Source: Amphiscolops sp. MND2022 (taxonomy: Eukaryota). From it: DNA of 64,000 nucleotides. The stretch is taken from the NCBI GenBank assembly GCA_964187785.1, contig OZ076409.1:73844001-73908000 (forward strand). The letters run 5' to 3'. The position numbers and the translations under genes were made by a program. Positions 44,293 through 56,952 of this stretch are shown piece after piece. Positions within the stretch are counted from its first letter, which is position 1. The number at the start of each line of letters is the position of its first letter. The notes beneath the pieces were generated by a model. The model was not told the DNA's origin, ran no database searches, and saw only the letters and a program-made list of their open reading frames with translations.

Positions 44293-47200
44293 GTGGTCGG
44301 GGTGTGTTTCCCAGCCGATTTTGCCGCGCGGGGAGGGACCCGTTCAGCGGCCCAGGTAATTATTTTTTACATTAAAAAAAACGATACCCCGGAAAGCGAT
44401 TTCGAAACCCACCCGTAGGATCCCTCTGAATTTTTGCATACACCTCCGTATAACAGTTCTAAGAAAAAGTCAGCAAGGGCGTTTTCAGTTCTAAACGGGG
44501 AATGTTGACCAAAAAGCGCAATTTATGTCCAAAAAAATGCAATTTTTCGACTTTTTTATTTTTGACGGCCTACAGCTCTTTTCCAGATGCCCGCCCAAGT
44601 CATAAACCGGAGTAAACTTTTGTTGGGCACTTCGTGAAGAATCTTTAGGGTGATTTTCGTTTCAATCCTATTTCCTGACGTTGACTTATGATTGGGTGAA
44701 AAAACGCAACATTTGTTACAAAAAGTGCTTTTGGTACTCAAGGGCCCATAACTCGTGACATAATCAGTTGAGCAAGTTCGTGTATACTTACGATTTTGTT
44801 GCCTATCTATAGGAGAACAAACTAGCAGGGACAAAGGTTTCTGTGGGAAATCGTCAAAAAAAGATATCACAGGTTTTATACTCAATAAAACAGTGTTTTT
44901 CGGTTATCGTGGAAAAAATGTAAAACGGTGGCATTTTTCGGCTGTTTAAGGTAGCGGGTATTTTATTGCAGTTAATTACTCACCTCTAGTAGTCATTTAC
45001 TTGGATGAATTTCAATTTTGATAAATTGCTTGATAAACTTTATTTTTTGCGTCACCAATATTGACAGCCACAACTACAGTCAATTTTTTCGCGTTCACGT
45101 TTTTCAATGGATATAACTTTTTTCCAGTGCGTTTTACGGTCCTCACCCAGGAGCACAAAATTGTTGCCCGTCTTAAGCAGAAGGCATATGGTAAGTTTAG
45201 AGTCATTTGAAACGTTTTTGAAATGTCCAGAGATGCACAAATTTACAATTTTTTTGCCCACAAAACACTATTTTACGAAACCCAACACTTTTTGCCAAAA
45301 AAGTCAACTTTCGTCCACACAACTTAGATTGCAAGTGGATGCATGCGGATAGTACTCGAAGTGATGAGAAAAATGAGCTATAGAACGCTCATTTACGACA
45401 ACCTGACGTGGACTTATAATGATTTGAAAAATGACGAAAAAAGAGAACAACGGTTCCAAAACAGTCAGTTTATAGTAAATGGCCAATAACTCCATACACA
45501 ACCATCCGCGCAAGCTAGTGTCCAAGTACGTTTTTGTTACCCGTGAGCAGTGTAACAAATAAATAAACGTAAAAGTTATGAAGAATATCGTCGGTGAAAG
45601 AAATAACGTGATTTTATATCACATTTGAGTGACAAAATTGAAAAAATAGTCAATCAATGGCATTTTACCTAAACTTTTTCGACAGTACCCACACACGGGG
45701 TTAAATCCGCTCAAAATTGTGCCTACCAAAACTATTTGATCCATTGGCCGCAAATTGAGCGTTCTAGCTTAACCCAGTCAAAAATTATGGGACTTAAAAA
45801 TTTTTTCAAAATTTTTCATTTTTCAAAAAATTTCAACTTCAGGCCTCCCAAAGTCAAGAAAGTTCCACACAACTAGGGTTGCAAGTGGATGCATGTGGAA
45901 AGTACTCGAATAGACGAGAAAAATGGGCTATAGAACGTCTCTCTATCGTAACTTGACGTTGACTTATGACGTTTTGAATGCGAGCTTGCTACGGTGTCGA
46001 GAAGTCAAAGTGTGTAAGTGGAACATATGTTTCGTCGAAAACTCATCGGAATACTTTCAATGAACCCCAAACACACTCAATTGCAGTTGCCTAGTGCAAC
46101 AACGTCTTTCAAAAACCTTTTTTATAAGAGTCGAAATCATTATTAAATTCAATTAGCAAAGAACACTTGAGTACATTCTCATCTCTCCCCATCGGGGGAG
46201 ATGAGAATGTACTTGCAAATTGGCCTCCTTTTGTTTTCATGCGAGGCAATATGTCCTTTGGCACATATATAATTTTGTGATGACTGAATTTCGTATATAA
46301 TTTGACTTGTCATTAGAAATTTGCCGACAGTCCTTTACGTAATATTAACTTTCTACCATGCACCTTCAACGACAAAGCCACATAAGTTTAGACGCCCACT
46401 GTCCGTAGACATGCCGAGCCATGTTTTTCGACAACTTATGCCGAGAAACAAACGGGAAAAAAAGTGCTGAATGTCAGTGACAAAAAACAGTGACAAAATA
46501 TTGGCTATTTGACATAAGGTAGGTTTTTACATGGAACTCACACATCACTGAAAATTAAACAACAATCCAGTTGACGCACACATACCAACATCAACGCCCA
46601 CCGTCCGTAGGCATGCCGAGGCATGCCTTTCGACGACGTATGCCTAACCCACTCCCCGATGCCCCCGCTGTCCCCTAGGTGGTCGGGGTTATTTCCCAGC
46701 CAATTTTGCCGCGCGGGGAGGGACCCGTTCAGCGGCCCTGGTAATTCTCAAAAATGTACCGAAGGAAATGATAACGAGGAAAGCGATTTCGAAACCCACC
46801 CGTAGGATCCCTCTAATTTTTTGCATACACCTCCGTATAACAGTTGTAAGAAAAAGTCAGCAAGGGCGTTTTCAATTCTAAATGGGGAATGTTGACCAAA
46901 AAGCGCAATTTATGTCCGAAAAAATGCAATTTTTCGACTTTTTTTATTTTTGACGGCCTACAGCTCTTTTCCAGAGTCCCGCCCAAGTCATAAACCGGAG
47001 AGAACTTTTGTTGGGCACTTCGTGAAGAATCTTTAGGGTGATTTTCGTTTCAATCGTATTTGCTGACGTTGACTTTTATGTGACACAATTAGGTGACAAA
47101 TTCGGTAAAAAAACGTGACATTCGGACTCAAGGGCCAATAACTCGTTACAGAATCAATTTAGCAAGTTCATTTATATTTACGTTTTTGTGGTCTATTGAT

Positions 47201-49057
47201 AGGCAAACAATTAAGCAGGTACAAAATTTTCTGTGAAACATCGTCAAAAAAAGATATCACAGGTTTCAAAAACGCAAAAAATGTAAATTTTTGGATTTTG
47301 TGCAAAATGTATAAAAAGGTGGCATCTGCCGGCTGTTTCAGGTAGCGGGTGTTTTATTGCAGTTATTAACTCACCTCTAGTAGTCATTTTTTTGGATGAT
47401 TTTTGATTTTGATAAATTGCATGAAGAACTTCATTTTTTGCGTCACCAATATTGACACCCACGATTACAATCAAATTTTTCGCGTTCACGTTTTTCAATG
47501 GATATAACTTTTTTTCAGTGTGTTTTACGGTTCTCACACAGGAGTGCAAAATTGTTGCCCGTCTTAAACACAAGGCATATGGTGAGTTTAGAGTCATTTG
47601 AAACGTTTTTCAAATGTCCAGAGATGAACAAATTTACAGTTTTTTTGCCCCTAAAATACTATTTAACGAAACCCCACACTTTTTGCCAAAAAAGTCAAAC
47701 TTCGTCCACACAACTTAGATTGCAAGTGGATGCATGCGGAGAGTACCTGAAATTCCGAGAAAAATGAGCTATAGAACGCTCATTTACGACCACCTGACGT
47801 GGACTTAAGATAGTTTGAAAAATCATAAAAAAGAACAACGATTCCAATACAATCAGTTTGTAGTAAATGGCCCATAACTCCATACACAACCCTCCGCGCA
47901 AGATAGTGTACTAGTACGTTTTTATTACCTGTGAGCAGTGCAACAAATAAGCAAAAGTAAAACATTATGTAGAAAATCGTCGGGGAAAGAAATACCGGGA
48001 TTTTATATCACATTTAAGTGACAAAATTCAAAAATCAGTCTATCCATGGCATTTTCCATAATATTTTTCGACAATACATCCACACGGGGTGAAATCTGCC
48101 TAAAATTGTGCCTACTAATACTATTAGATCCTTTGGCCGCAAGTTGAGCGTTCTAGTTTCCCCAGTCGAAAATTATGGGACTTCGAAACTTTTCAAAATT
48201 TTCTTTTTTCAACAAAATTTCAACTTCAGGCCTCCCAAAGGTAAGAAAAACCCACACAACTAGGATTGCAAGTGCATGCATGTGGAAAGTACTTGAATAG
48301 ACAAGAATAATGGGCTTTAGAACGTCTCTCTGTCATAACCTGACGTTGACTTATGATGTTTTGAATGTGAGTTTGTTAAGGGGTCGAGAAGTCAAAGTGT
48401 AAAAGTGGAACATATGTCTCGTCTAAAACTCATCGGTATACATGCAATGAACCCCAATCACACTCAACTGCAGTTGGCTAGTGCAACAACGTCTGTCAAG
48501 GACTTTTTCTGATAAGTGTCGAAATCATTATTAAATTCAGTTAGCAAGAAACTCTTGGGTACATTCTCATCTCTCCCCATCGGGGGAGATGAGAATGTAC
48601 TTGCTAAAACGGTCTCATTTGTTTTCATGCGATCATTATGTGCTCTGGCAAATAGATAACTTTGTTTCGTCTGACTTTCTGAGAAACGTTGACTTGTCAA
48701 TAAAGTTCCCGTCATTACTTTACGCAACATAAACTCTCTACCATTCACCTTTAAATTCAAAGCCACATAAATTTAGAATCGCACGATCGAAAAACATACC
48801 GAGGCATGTTTTCGACGACATTTGCCGAAAAAAAACGTGAAGAACATACTGAGAGATTCAGAAACAGTGACAACCACTTTTGACTTTTTAACATAGGGTA
48901 TGTTTTTATATGGAACTTACACATCAATGAATATTCGCAACATTCCAGTTGACGCCAACCTACCAACATCAACGCCCACCGTCCGTGGGCATGCCGAGGC
49001 ATGCCCTTCGACGACGTATACCAAATTCACCCCTCCGACGCCCCCACCGTCCCCTAG
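44293..49057 (+). mobile_element. Two family-E units (44293-46678, 46679-49057; 2386/2379 bp)
   Basis: Homologous end to end. Each has two copies of the ccacacaact...gcatg module and a duplicated terminal hairpin block. Confidence 0.8.
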
Positions 49058-51249
49058 GTGGAGGTTATTTTATAATAATTAAAGTGTTTTTTTCCGGAGT
49101 TTGTGGCTTTGGAAAAAACAAAAGGCGAGAAATTGGGCACTCCGGGCTGAACCGTATACACTCAAAATTCGCCCAATATTTATACGATCTCGAAACCCAG
49201 CCGTACGATTTGGCTGAAAATTTGCATGCGGCTAAAGAATCAGATTCTAAGAAATATTTCCTGCTGACATTTTTCTGAAATTTTTGTGTACGTTTCCCCC
49301 CCGTCCCCTAAAGGGGTCAAATTTCCCCAATTTTGCACTTATGGGTCAAATTCTCAAAACTGGTGGATCTGAGCGTATTCCCGGCGGGGACAACTTTTAA
49401 CAAGCGCTCCTCAATAGACCTTTTTGACTTTTTACTTTGGTGGTACGTTCACCCCCCGAGGAGGAAATGGCGTTTTTGTGACTTCCGGTCGAGGCTTTTT
49501 TCACCCAAAAAATAGAATTAAGCCAATTTTGAGGAGGAAGGAGTGGATTTAAAGTGCCTGTACCCTGCTAAAAATTTGTTGGGCTTGTAGCGATATATCT
49601 CATACCAAGTCTGGTTTTCACCCCCAAACCACCCTTGGGACCAAAATTCACCCAAACTTTTTTACCTCTGTTTGTAGTTTTTTTGCAAAATGTCGTCATT
49701 TCCATGGGTAAGGAAATGAATTAGGGGCTCCTAATAGGAAACCAATGTTCAAGTACACTTGCAGTGCAACTGAGTGACCCTTTTTGGGCCTCTCCTGTGT
49801 TCGGCAAGGACCGGAAGTGGTGTAAACCCCCCTTTTTTGACGTTTGTTGACCTTGAGACTCGCGCTTAGATGACGTTTATGTCGAGCAAATCCTACAAAC
49901 CAGTATTAGGATGACATGCTAATCAACTAGAGAGCACTAAGGTAAACTATACTATACCGGAAGTAACCCCCCGTGACCGGAAGTTGTCATTTTTGACCGG
50001 AAATGGTCCAAAACCTAGCGTAAAAGCAGTTTTTCATTGCTTTTAAAGTTAACTTCTTACATTTTTCAATCTGCGCGAGCTTTTCTTCAGGTTCGTTTTT
50101 GTTGCCAGTGCACAGCAACGAATATACAACTGTAAATCTTTCGCTATAAAATCGTCGGAGAGAGATATAATGGGTTTTTGGGACTTTTTTTTCAAAAACG
50201 ATAGTCTGTATCTGTCATTTTTACCCAACGTTATTCAACAGTAGAACCACAGGGGTTAGTCTCTGCCAAATATATGCCTTACAAAACCGGTTCATCCATT
50301 GGTTACAATTTAAGCGTTCTAGCTTTGCCAGGTCACAAGTTATGGGACTTGAAAAATTTTCAAATTTCTTTCTAAAAATTGTTTCTAAACTTCATGTCTT
50401 CCAAAGTTAAGAAACTTCCGCACAACTAGGATTACAAGTGAATGCATGTGGTAAGACCTATAATTGGAGAGAAAAATTCGGTTTAGAACGTCTCTTTATC
50501 GTAACGTGACGTTAAGAGAAGTTGCTTTGAATGCGAGCTTGATAAGACGTCGAGAAGTAACAGTGTGTAAATGGAACCTATGTCTCGACAAATACTCATC
50601 GGAATACATGAGATAAACCCCAATTACCCTCAATTTCAATTGCCTAGTACAACAACGTCTTCCAAGGACCCTGTTATCTTTTTGATAAGCGTTGAAGTCA
50701 TCATTAGATTGAGTTCGCAAGAAACAATTGAGTACATTCTCATCTCTCCCCATCGGGTGAGATGAGAATGTTTTTGCTAAAAGCCAGGTACTACGGCCCA
50801 ATTTTGTTTTATTGCGACGCATTCTGTGCTTTAGCACATAGATACTTTTATTCCGTCTCACTTTTTGACACACCCTGATTTGTTGTTATAAATTTCTCGT
50901 CATTACTTTACATAAACTAAGTACCATAAAACTTTAACGTCAAAGCCACATTCATTTAGACGCCCACCATTCCGTAGGTATGCCGAGGTATGCCATTCGA
51001 AGATGTATGTCAAACGCAAATGCAATAAAGTGAGTGCTGAAAATCGGAAACAGTGACAAACAATTTTGACTTTTTGATATTTGTTAGGTTTCCATATGGA
51101 ACTTACACATCACTGACATTTCAAAACATTCCAGCTGACGCTCACATACAAACATCAACGCCCACCGTCTGTGGGCATGCCGAGGCATGCCCTTCGACGA
51201 CGTATAGCAAATTCTTTTAATATCTACACCCAATTGCGGTAGCGGCTAG
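49058..51249 (+). mobile_element. Family-F unit (2192 bp), C/D-like 5' half plus E-like 3' half
   Basis: accggaagt and ttttcacccccaa modules in ~49500-50050; E-type modules and terminal hairpin in ~50150-51249. Confidence 0.7.
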
Positions 51250-52319
51250 GTGGTCAAGGGGGATGCCCATCAGAAAATATTGCGAGGCCGGGGAGGGTCC
51301 CGAGAGCCGAGCACATTCTATCAATTCCTACCTTCAGGATTGCGAAGTATTTTAACCGATCTCGAAATTCACCCGTAGGATTTGTCTGAAACTTTGCATG
51401 TGGCTTTATCTCAAAAATTTAAGAATTTTTTTCTGCTGACGTTTTTCCAGGAAAATTCATTTTGTAGGTTTTTTTTGCGTTTTTTTGGTTTTTTTCATCT
51501 TTTTTCATCTTTGATTAATCAATGACCGAATCAAAGGCCATTTTCACCATGAAGGAGAGCCCGTAGCGGCAAAATGCACTCTTATGAAAATCATCAACGG
51601 TCAACGGTCTTTCGAACGGTCCAAAAAAATTTCCCCCCGGGGGCAACCAAAGTGCCGAAAAGTGCCAAATGTATTTTTTTGACTGAATCACTTTGATCAA
51701 ATTGATGATTTGAGCAGCCGGAACGGTCTGCACGGTCTCGGACAATAAGGTCAAAAATTGTCAGCATCCAATGGGGTTTACAAAAATGTAATTCGTTTAC
51801 CTGCAGGAGACATCAGAAAAAAGTTGATTTTTTTAAGTTTTGGCATTATGACTGATCGGATGATAAATCATTGCATCACGTTGAGTTGCATTTGATGCAG
51901 CACACGAAGCAGCTGCAGCGAACTTGAAACTGCTTAGGGGGCTGGGGTTTACTATCTGTAACAAGCAAAATATCCCTTGGGCAAAAGGTATGCCAAAAAG
52001 TGCCTGAAAGTGTTAATTAAGTTGTTGCAAATCGGCTAGCAAAATACATTGTCACCGGTGTTCCGTGAGTTGCGCAGCATCTCGCGGGAACAACGGTGCT
52101 TGTTTCGAACGCAAAACCCAACATACCTCTTTGGTGACGTGACGGAGGTCACCATTGGCCTTTTTCGGCAGTGTGATGATATTTTTATTGTTGAATTGTG
52201 AACAACATACACAAAAGATTTAGCGTGGGATATTTGTTTGTGTCATACTTCAGTAACAAACCTTCAACCGTTTTGTTTAGGCCTCTACCTAACAGTGCTC
52301 TAAATCGCTCCATCGCTAG
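51250..52319 (+). mobile_element. Second family-B unit (1070 bp)
   Basis: Homologous to 35199-36268. Confidence 0.8.
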
Positions 52320-54124
52320 GTGGTCGGGGTTGTTTCCCAGCCGATTTTGCCGCGCGGGGAGGGACCCGTTTAGCGGCCCAGGTAATTAAGATTTTGTCAT
52401 TAAAAAAATGACCCATGCTAGAAGCGATTTCGAAACCCACCCGTAGGATCCCTCTGAATTTTTGCATGCACCTCCGTATAACAGTTGTAAGAAAAAGTCA
52501 GCAAGGGCGTTTTCAGTTCTAAACGGGGAATGTTGACCAAAAAGCGCAATTTATGTCCAAAAAAATGCAATTTTTCGACTTTTTTATTTTTGACGGCCCA
52601 CAGCTCTTTTCCAGATGCCCGCCCAAGTCATAAACCGGAGTAAACTTTTGTTGGGCACTTCGTGAAGAATCTTTAGGGTGATTTTCGTTTCAATCCTATT
52701 TCCTGACGTTGACTTTTATGTGACGCAATTAGGTGAGGAATTCGGTGAAAATACGTGATTTTGGTACTCAAGGGCTCATAACTCGGTACAGAGTCAATTT
52801 AGCAAGTTCTTTCATATGTACGTTTTTGTTGCCCAACTATAGACAAACAATTAAGCATCTACAAAATTTTCTGTGAAACATCGTCAAAAAAAGATATCAC
52901 AGGTTTTAAAAACGCAAAAATTGTACTTTTTTGGATTCCGTGAAAAAAATATAAAAAAGTGGCATCTACCGGCTGTTTCAGGTAGCGGGTACTTTTTTGC
53001 AGTTAATAGCTCACCTTTAGTAGTCATTTACTTGGATGGTTTTTGATTTTGATAAATTGCATGAAAACTTTCATTTTTTGCCTCACCAATTTTGACACCC
53101 ACGGTTACAGTCGATTTTTCGAAATCACGTATTTAACTGGATATACCTTTTTTCCAGTGCGTTTTACGGTCCTCACACAGGAGTGCAAAAATGTTGCCCG
53201 TCTTAAACAGAAGGCATATGGTGAGTTTAGAGTAATTTGAAACGTTTTTGACATGTCCAGAGGTGCACAAATTTACAGTTTTTTTGCCCACAAAACACTA
53301 TTGTACGAAACCCAACACTTTTTGGCAAAAAAGTCAAACTTCGTCCACACAACTTAGATTGCAAGTGGAGGCATGCAAAAAGTACTTGAAATGACGAGAA
53401 AAATGAGCTAAAGAACGCTCATTTACGACAACTTGACGTGGACTTAAGATAAATTGAAAATCACAAAAAAAGAACAACGATTCCAAAACAATCAGTTTGT
53501 AGTAAATGGCCAATAACTCCATACACAACCCTCCGCGCAAGATAATGTACAAGTACGTTTTTATTACCTGTGAGCAGTGCAACAAATAAGCAGAAGTAAA
53601 ACTTTATGCAGAAAATCGTCGGGGAAAGAAATAACGGGTTTTTATATCACATTTAGGTAACAAAATTCAAAAATCAGTCTATCCATGGCATTTTCCCTAA
53701 TTTTTTTCGACAATACATCCCCACGGGGTAAAATCTGCCTAAAATTGTGCCTACTATTACTATTTGATCCTTTGGCCGCAAATTCAGCGTTCTAGTTTCC
53801 CCAGTCAAAAAAATATGGGACTTCAAAATTTTTCAAAATTTTCATTTTTCAACAAAATCTCAACTTCAGGCCTCCCAAAGGTAAGAAAAACCCACACAAG
53901 TAGGATTGCAAGTGGATGCATGTGGAAAGTACCTGAATGGACGAGAATAATGGGCTTTAGAACGTCTCTCTATCGTAACCTGACGTTGACTTAGAGTGTT
54001 TTGAATGCGAGTTTCCTAAGGGTTCGAGAAGTCAAATTGTGTAAGTGGAACATATGTCTCGTCGAAAACTCATCGGAATACATGCAATGAACCCCAAATA
54101 CCCTCAATAGCAGTTGCCCAGTGT
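52320..54124 (+). mobile_element. 3'-truncated family-E unit ending the array
   Basis: Follows the E sequence up to cagttgcccagtg (~54123); unrelated AT-rich DNA follows. Confidence 0.75.
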
Positions 54125-56723
54125 ATCTTCAACACTTTCATTCGTTTTTAATCAAGGAGCTAGAATATACTGGCTCTTTAGTTTTCATACTTGTATAATT
54201 TATTTCATCATCGGTTTATCCAGACTAACAACTTCGACTTGAAATTTCGCGGCAACTTTTTCGACAAACATGTTAGAAACTACCTCTGTAAAAAACTTAG
54301 GAGTGAATTGAAAGAGGAATACAACCTTCTTGTTTTGTTACTTGAACTTGCTGCAATCTTTCTGTGTATGCCTCAACAAGCTGTCAACGTTGAAACAACA
54401 TCAGCTGTTTTTGACGCAAAATTATTGCGTCAAACTTAATTTAATGTTGGCCCCAAACTCGTACTTACTAATGCTCTATTTGACGTCAAATTATTGAAAA
54501 ATTTTTATCTTTTCAATGATTTATTCCATGGACTGTTAAAAATACATTTACATTTCCTTTACTTTTCGCCTGGACGTTCCAGTGCTCACGAGCGAAAACG
54601 AAATACATGAAACGTTGACTAAGACAAAAACTATTGTCGGTGATAGTCTGCAACATCAACGCAAGGTAGGGATGCGTTGGTAATATGATGATATAAGAAT
54701 ATATCATCATCAAAAAGAATACGTCTACTCTAGATAAGTACTCACAACATGTAGGTGTGTATTTTTTACTTAAAAAGTTGCAAAAAACGATTAGACCATT
54801 CTACTAAGTAAATTTCGAGCGTTCTAAGCTAAAACTGTTTGTAAAATTCACTGATGCCAAGAAGATTCTTCACACGTCTATCCTGCTGTAACGTTGAGAA
54901 CATTTCACAAAAAAGGGTTTCGACTTTTTTTGCAGTTTTCAAAATTCCTGACATTGATTACTTGTACAGAATGTTTATTCGAAAGTTGTTTGTCGGTTTC
55001 AGCATTCTCGAAAACCTTCAAGCAATAAAGTTCTCTAATCAGTACAGTTTCGGAATATTTTTGACCAAGACAAAAAAATTAGAATTTATGCCCTATCTTT
55101 GTCCTTGCTACATTTTAAAACATTATTTTCAAAATATACAATCAAGATTATTTTCCATTTCGTCAAATGATGATGGTTTCACGATAGTACAGAATAAGAC
55201 AATCTCAATCAGGGGCAAAGCTTTTATCGATAGGTGTAGAATTTAGGTGTAGAAGATGATGTCTTCCAATCTAGTGTTTTTGCATTTCAGTGAATGCAGC
55301 TCAAATTGGGAAAAAGTAATTAGGACTACTTCAAAAGATATTTTTCAACAAATAATTTTATCTGAGATTTTTTTTATCAGAGGGTTTCTGAAGAACTGTT
55401 TCGTGAAAAACTTTGAATTGCAAAAGAGAAGAAGTTTCACAAGCAAAAAAGTTTTTCTAAAAATTACACAAGGAGCATTTTCGTTCACTTATGTTTTGGA
55501 AACTCGTGTATGGTCATTTTGGACAATCTTTTCTTCTTATTGAAATAATGAAACTATTAACACAATTTTGCGAACAATGTTCCACCAGTTCTGAATCAGC
55601 TATTGAATGTTTTTAAAATTCATTATTTTTACGCATATTCCGATGGAAAAACTTCCTGGAGTTTGACGATATTTAGCACTGGCAATTTCGATTATTGTTA
55701 CCATAAAAATGTACGTGCAACTACAGTTTATAGCGTTGCCTCCACTTATGTTTAGTTGATGTACCTATTTACGTGAGAAGTTGATAGATTCGTTATAGTT
55801 TTACTATTTCACTGAGGCTTACAACAACAGTAGTTGATGTTAAAGACACACACTTTCTTTCCGTAGAATTCCAAGTACTTCATAATCTGCAGTATTACCA
55901 AGTTAGGACCGCAGTAAATTGTTATCTGTTGGTTCATCGAGTTATAGAACCTACCTATCAGCGTCACTGACAATTTCAGTTCAATTTGAAATGCGAAACA
56001 GACCTTGGTAAGTATTAATCCAGTTAAAAATAACTTATTTGAGAATTGATAACTTCGAATTGATAACTTATTTGCGTCCATCCGCAATACCAAATACTTG
56101 TTTTTCACAACAATTCAAACGTCAACTTTTGAAAAAAAATCGAAATTTGTTGTTCGCTTCAATTAGCTGATGATCATCGCAATAGTCCTACTCCAGTGCA
56201 TTTGGTTAAAACTCAATAGTTAAAACAAGACGCACGCTAAGCAGCGCGATATTTTCCTCCTCTTTCTCCTTCACCAATGAGCCATGGCTATTTTGTGAGG
56301 GGAATATGATCTAAAGAATAAGATCTAAAATTTAGTGATTTCAGATGTTATTCCCTTTAGATGTTATTCCCGTCCTGAAACTGTAGATCTTATTCCCTTC
56401 AGAACTTATTCCCATTTTTACTTTAGATATTATTCGATCCTACTAGGCTCTTAGTATAGTATAGGTCGATAGTACATTATATATACAATAAAGTATCAGT
56501 ATGGCTGAGTAGGTAGTGGAATAGTATAAAGTGGAATTTTGGCAAAGTTTGGAAAAAAACGCAACACAGATCATGATTTTCCTCCCCCATTAAAAATGTG
56601 GGTCGGAAAATAACAATTTCAACAATTTCAAAACTGCTACTTTGATACATTCAAATTGTCAAACTTTTTGTTGAATGCAAATTATTAAATAAATCTAAAT
56701 CGGAAACTAAGAGAGTTAGACCA

Positions 56724-56952
56724 TTTTTAGTGGCATTTTTGGACTCCTGTGGAAGTGGTGCCAAGTGGCGCTCGAATGGCTAACCTCCACTTTGTTCATC
56801 CCCAGTTGACCTCGAGGCACGATTGGCTCAATTACAGTAGTGATTTCATGTAGCGGTGCCTCGAGGTCAACTGGGGATGAACAAAGTGGAGGTTGGCCAT
56901 TCGAGCGCCACTTGGCGCCACTTCTACAGGAGTCCAAATATGCTATTAAAAA
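56724..56952 (+). repeat. Long inverted repeat (foldback), ~97-bp arms and 35-nt spacer
   Basis: 56724-56820 is the near-perfect reverse complement of 56856-56952. Confidence 0.92.

Larger units (their letters stand above)
1..54124 (+). repeat. Head-to-tail heterogeneous array of Helitron/Helentron-like elements joined at CTAG-GTG cores
   Basis: CTAGGTG starts at 63, 1344, 2623, 3889, 19144, 32630, 33910, 35195, 36265, 37656, 39061, 40456, 41740, 44289, 46675, 49054, 51246 and 52316, with variant CTGGGTG at 43026. Homology between copies of the same family starts and ends at these cores. Confidence 0.9.

Noticed and set aside
54513..56108. Possible decayed minus-strand coding remnants (IILPTHPYLA, YqaJ-like; IYCGP...GKKVCV, PIF1-like)
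   Set aside because: Only fragmentary resemblance with catalytic motifs missing; it needs a translated homology search to support.
56298..56440. Short agatNttattccc repeats in both orientations, possibly a MITE relic
   Set aside because: No definable termini or target-site duplication.
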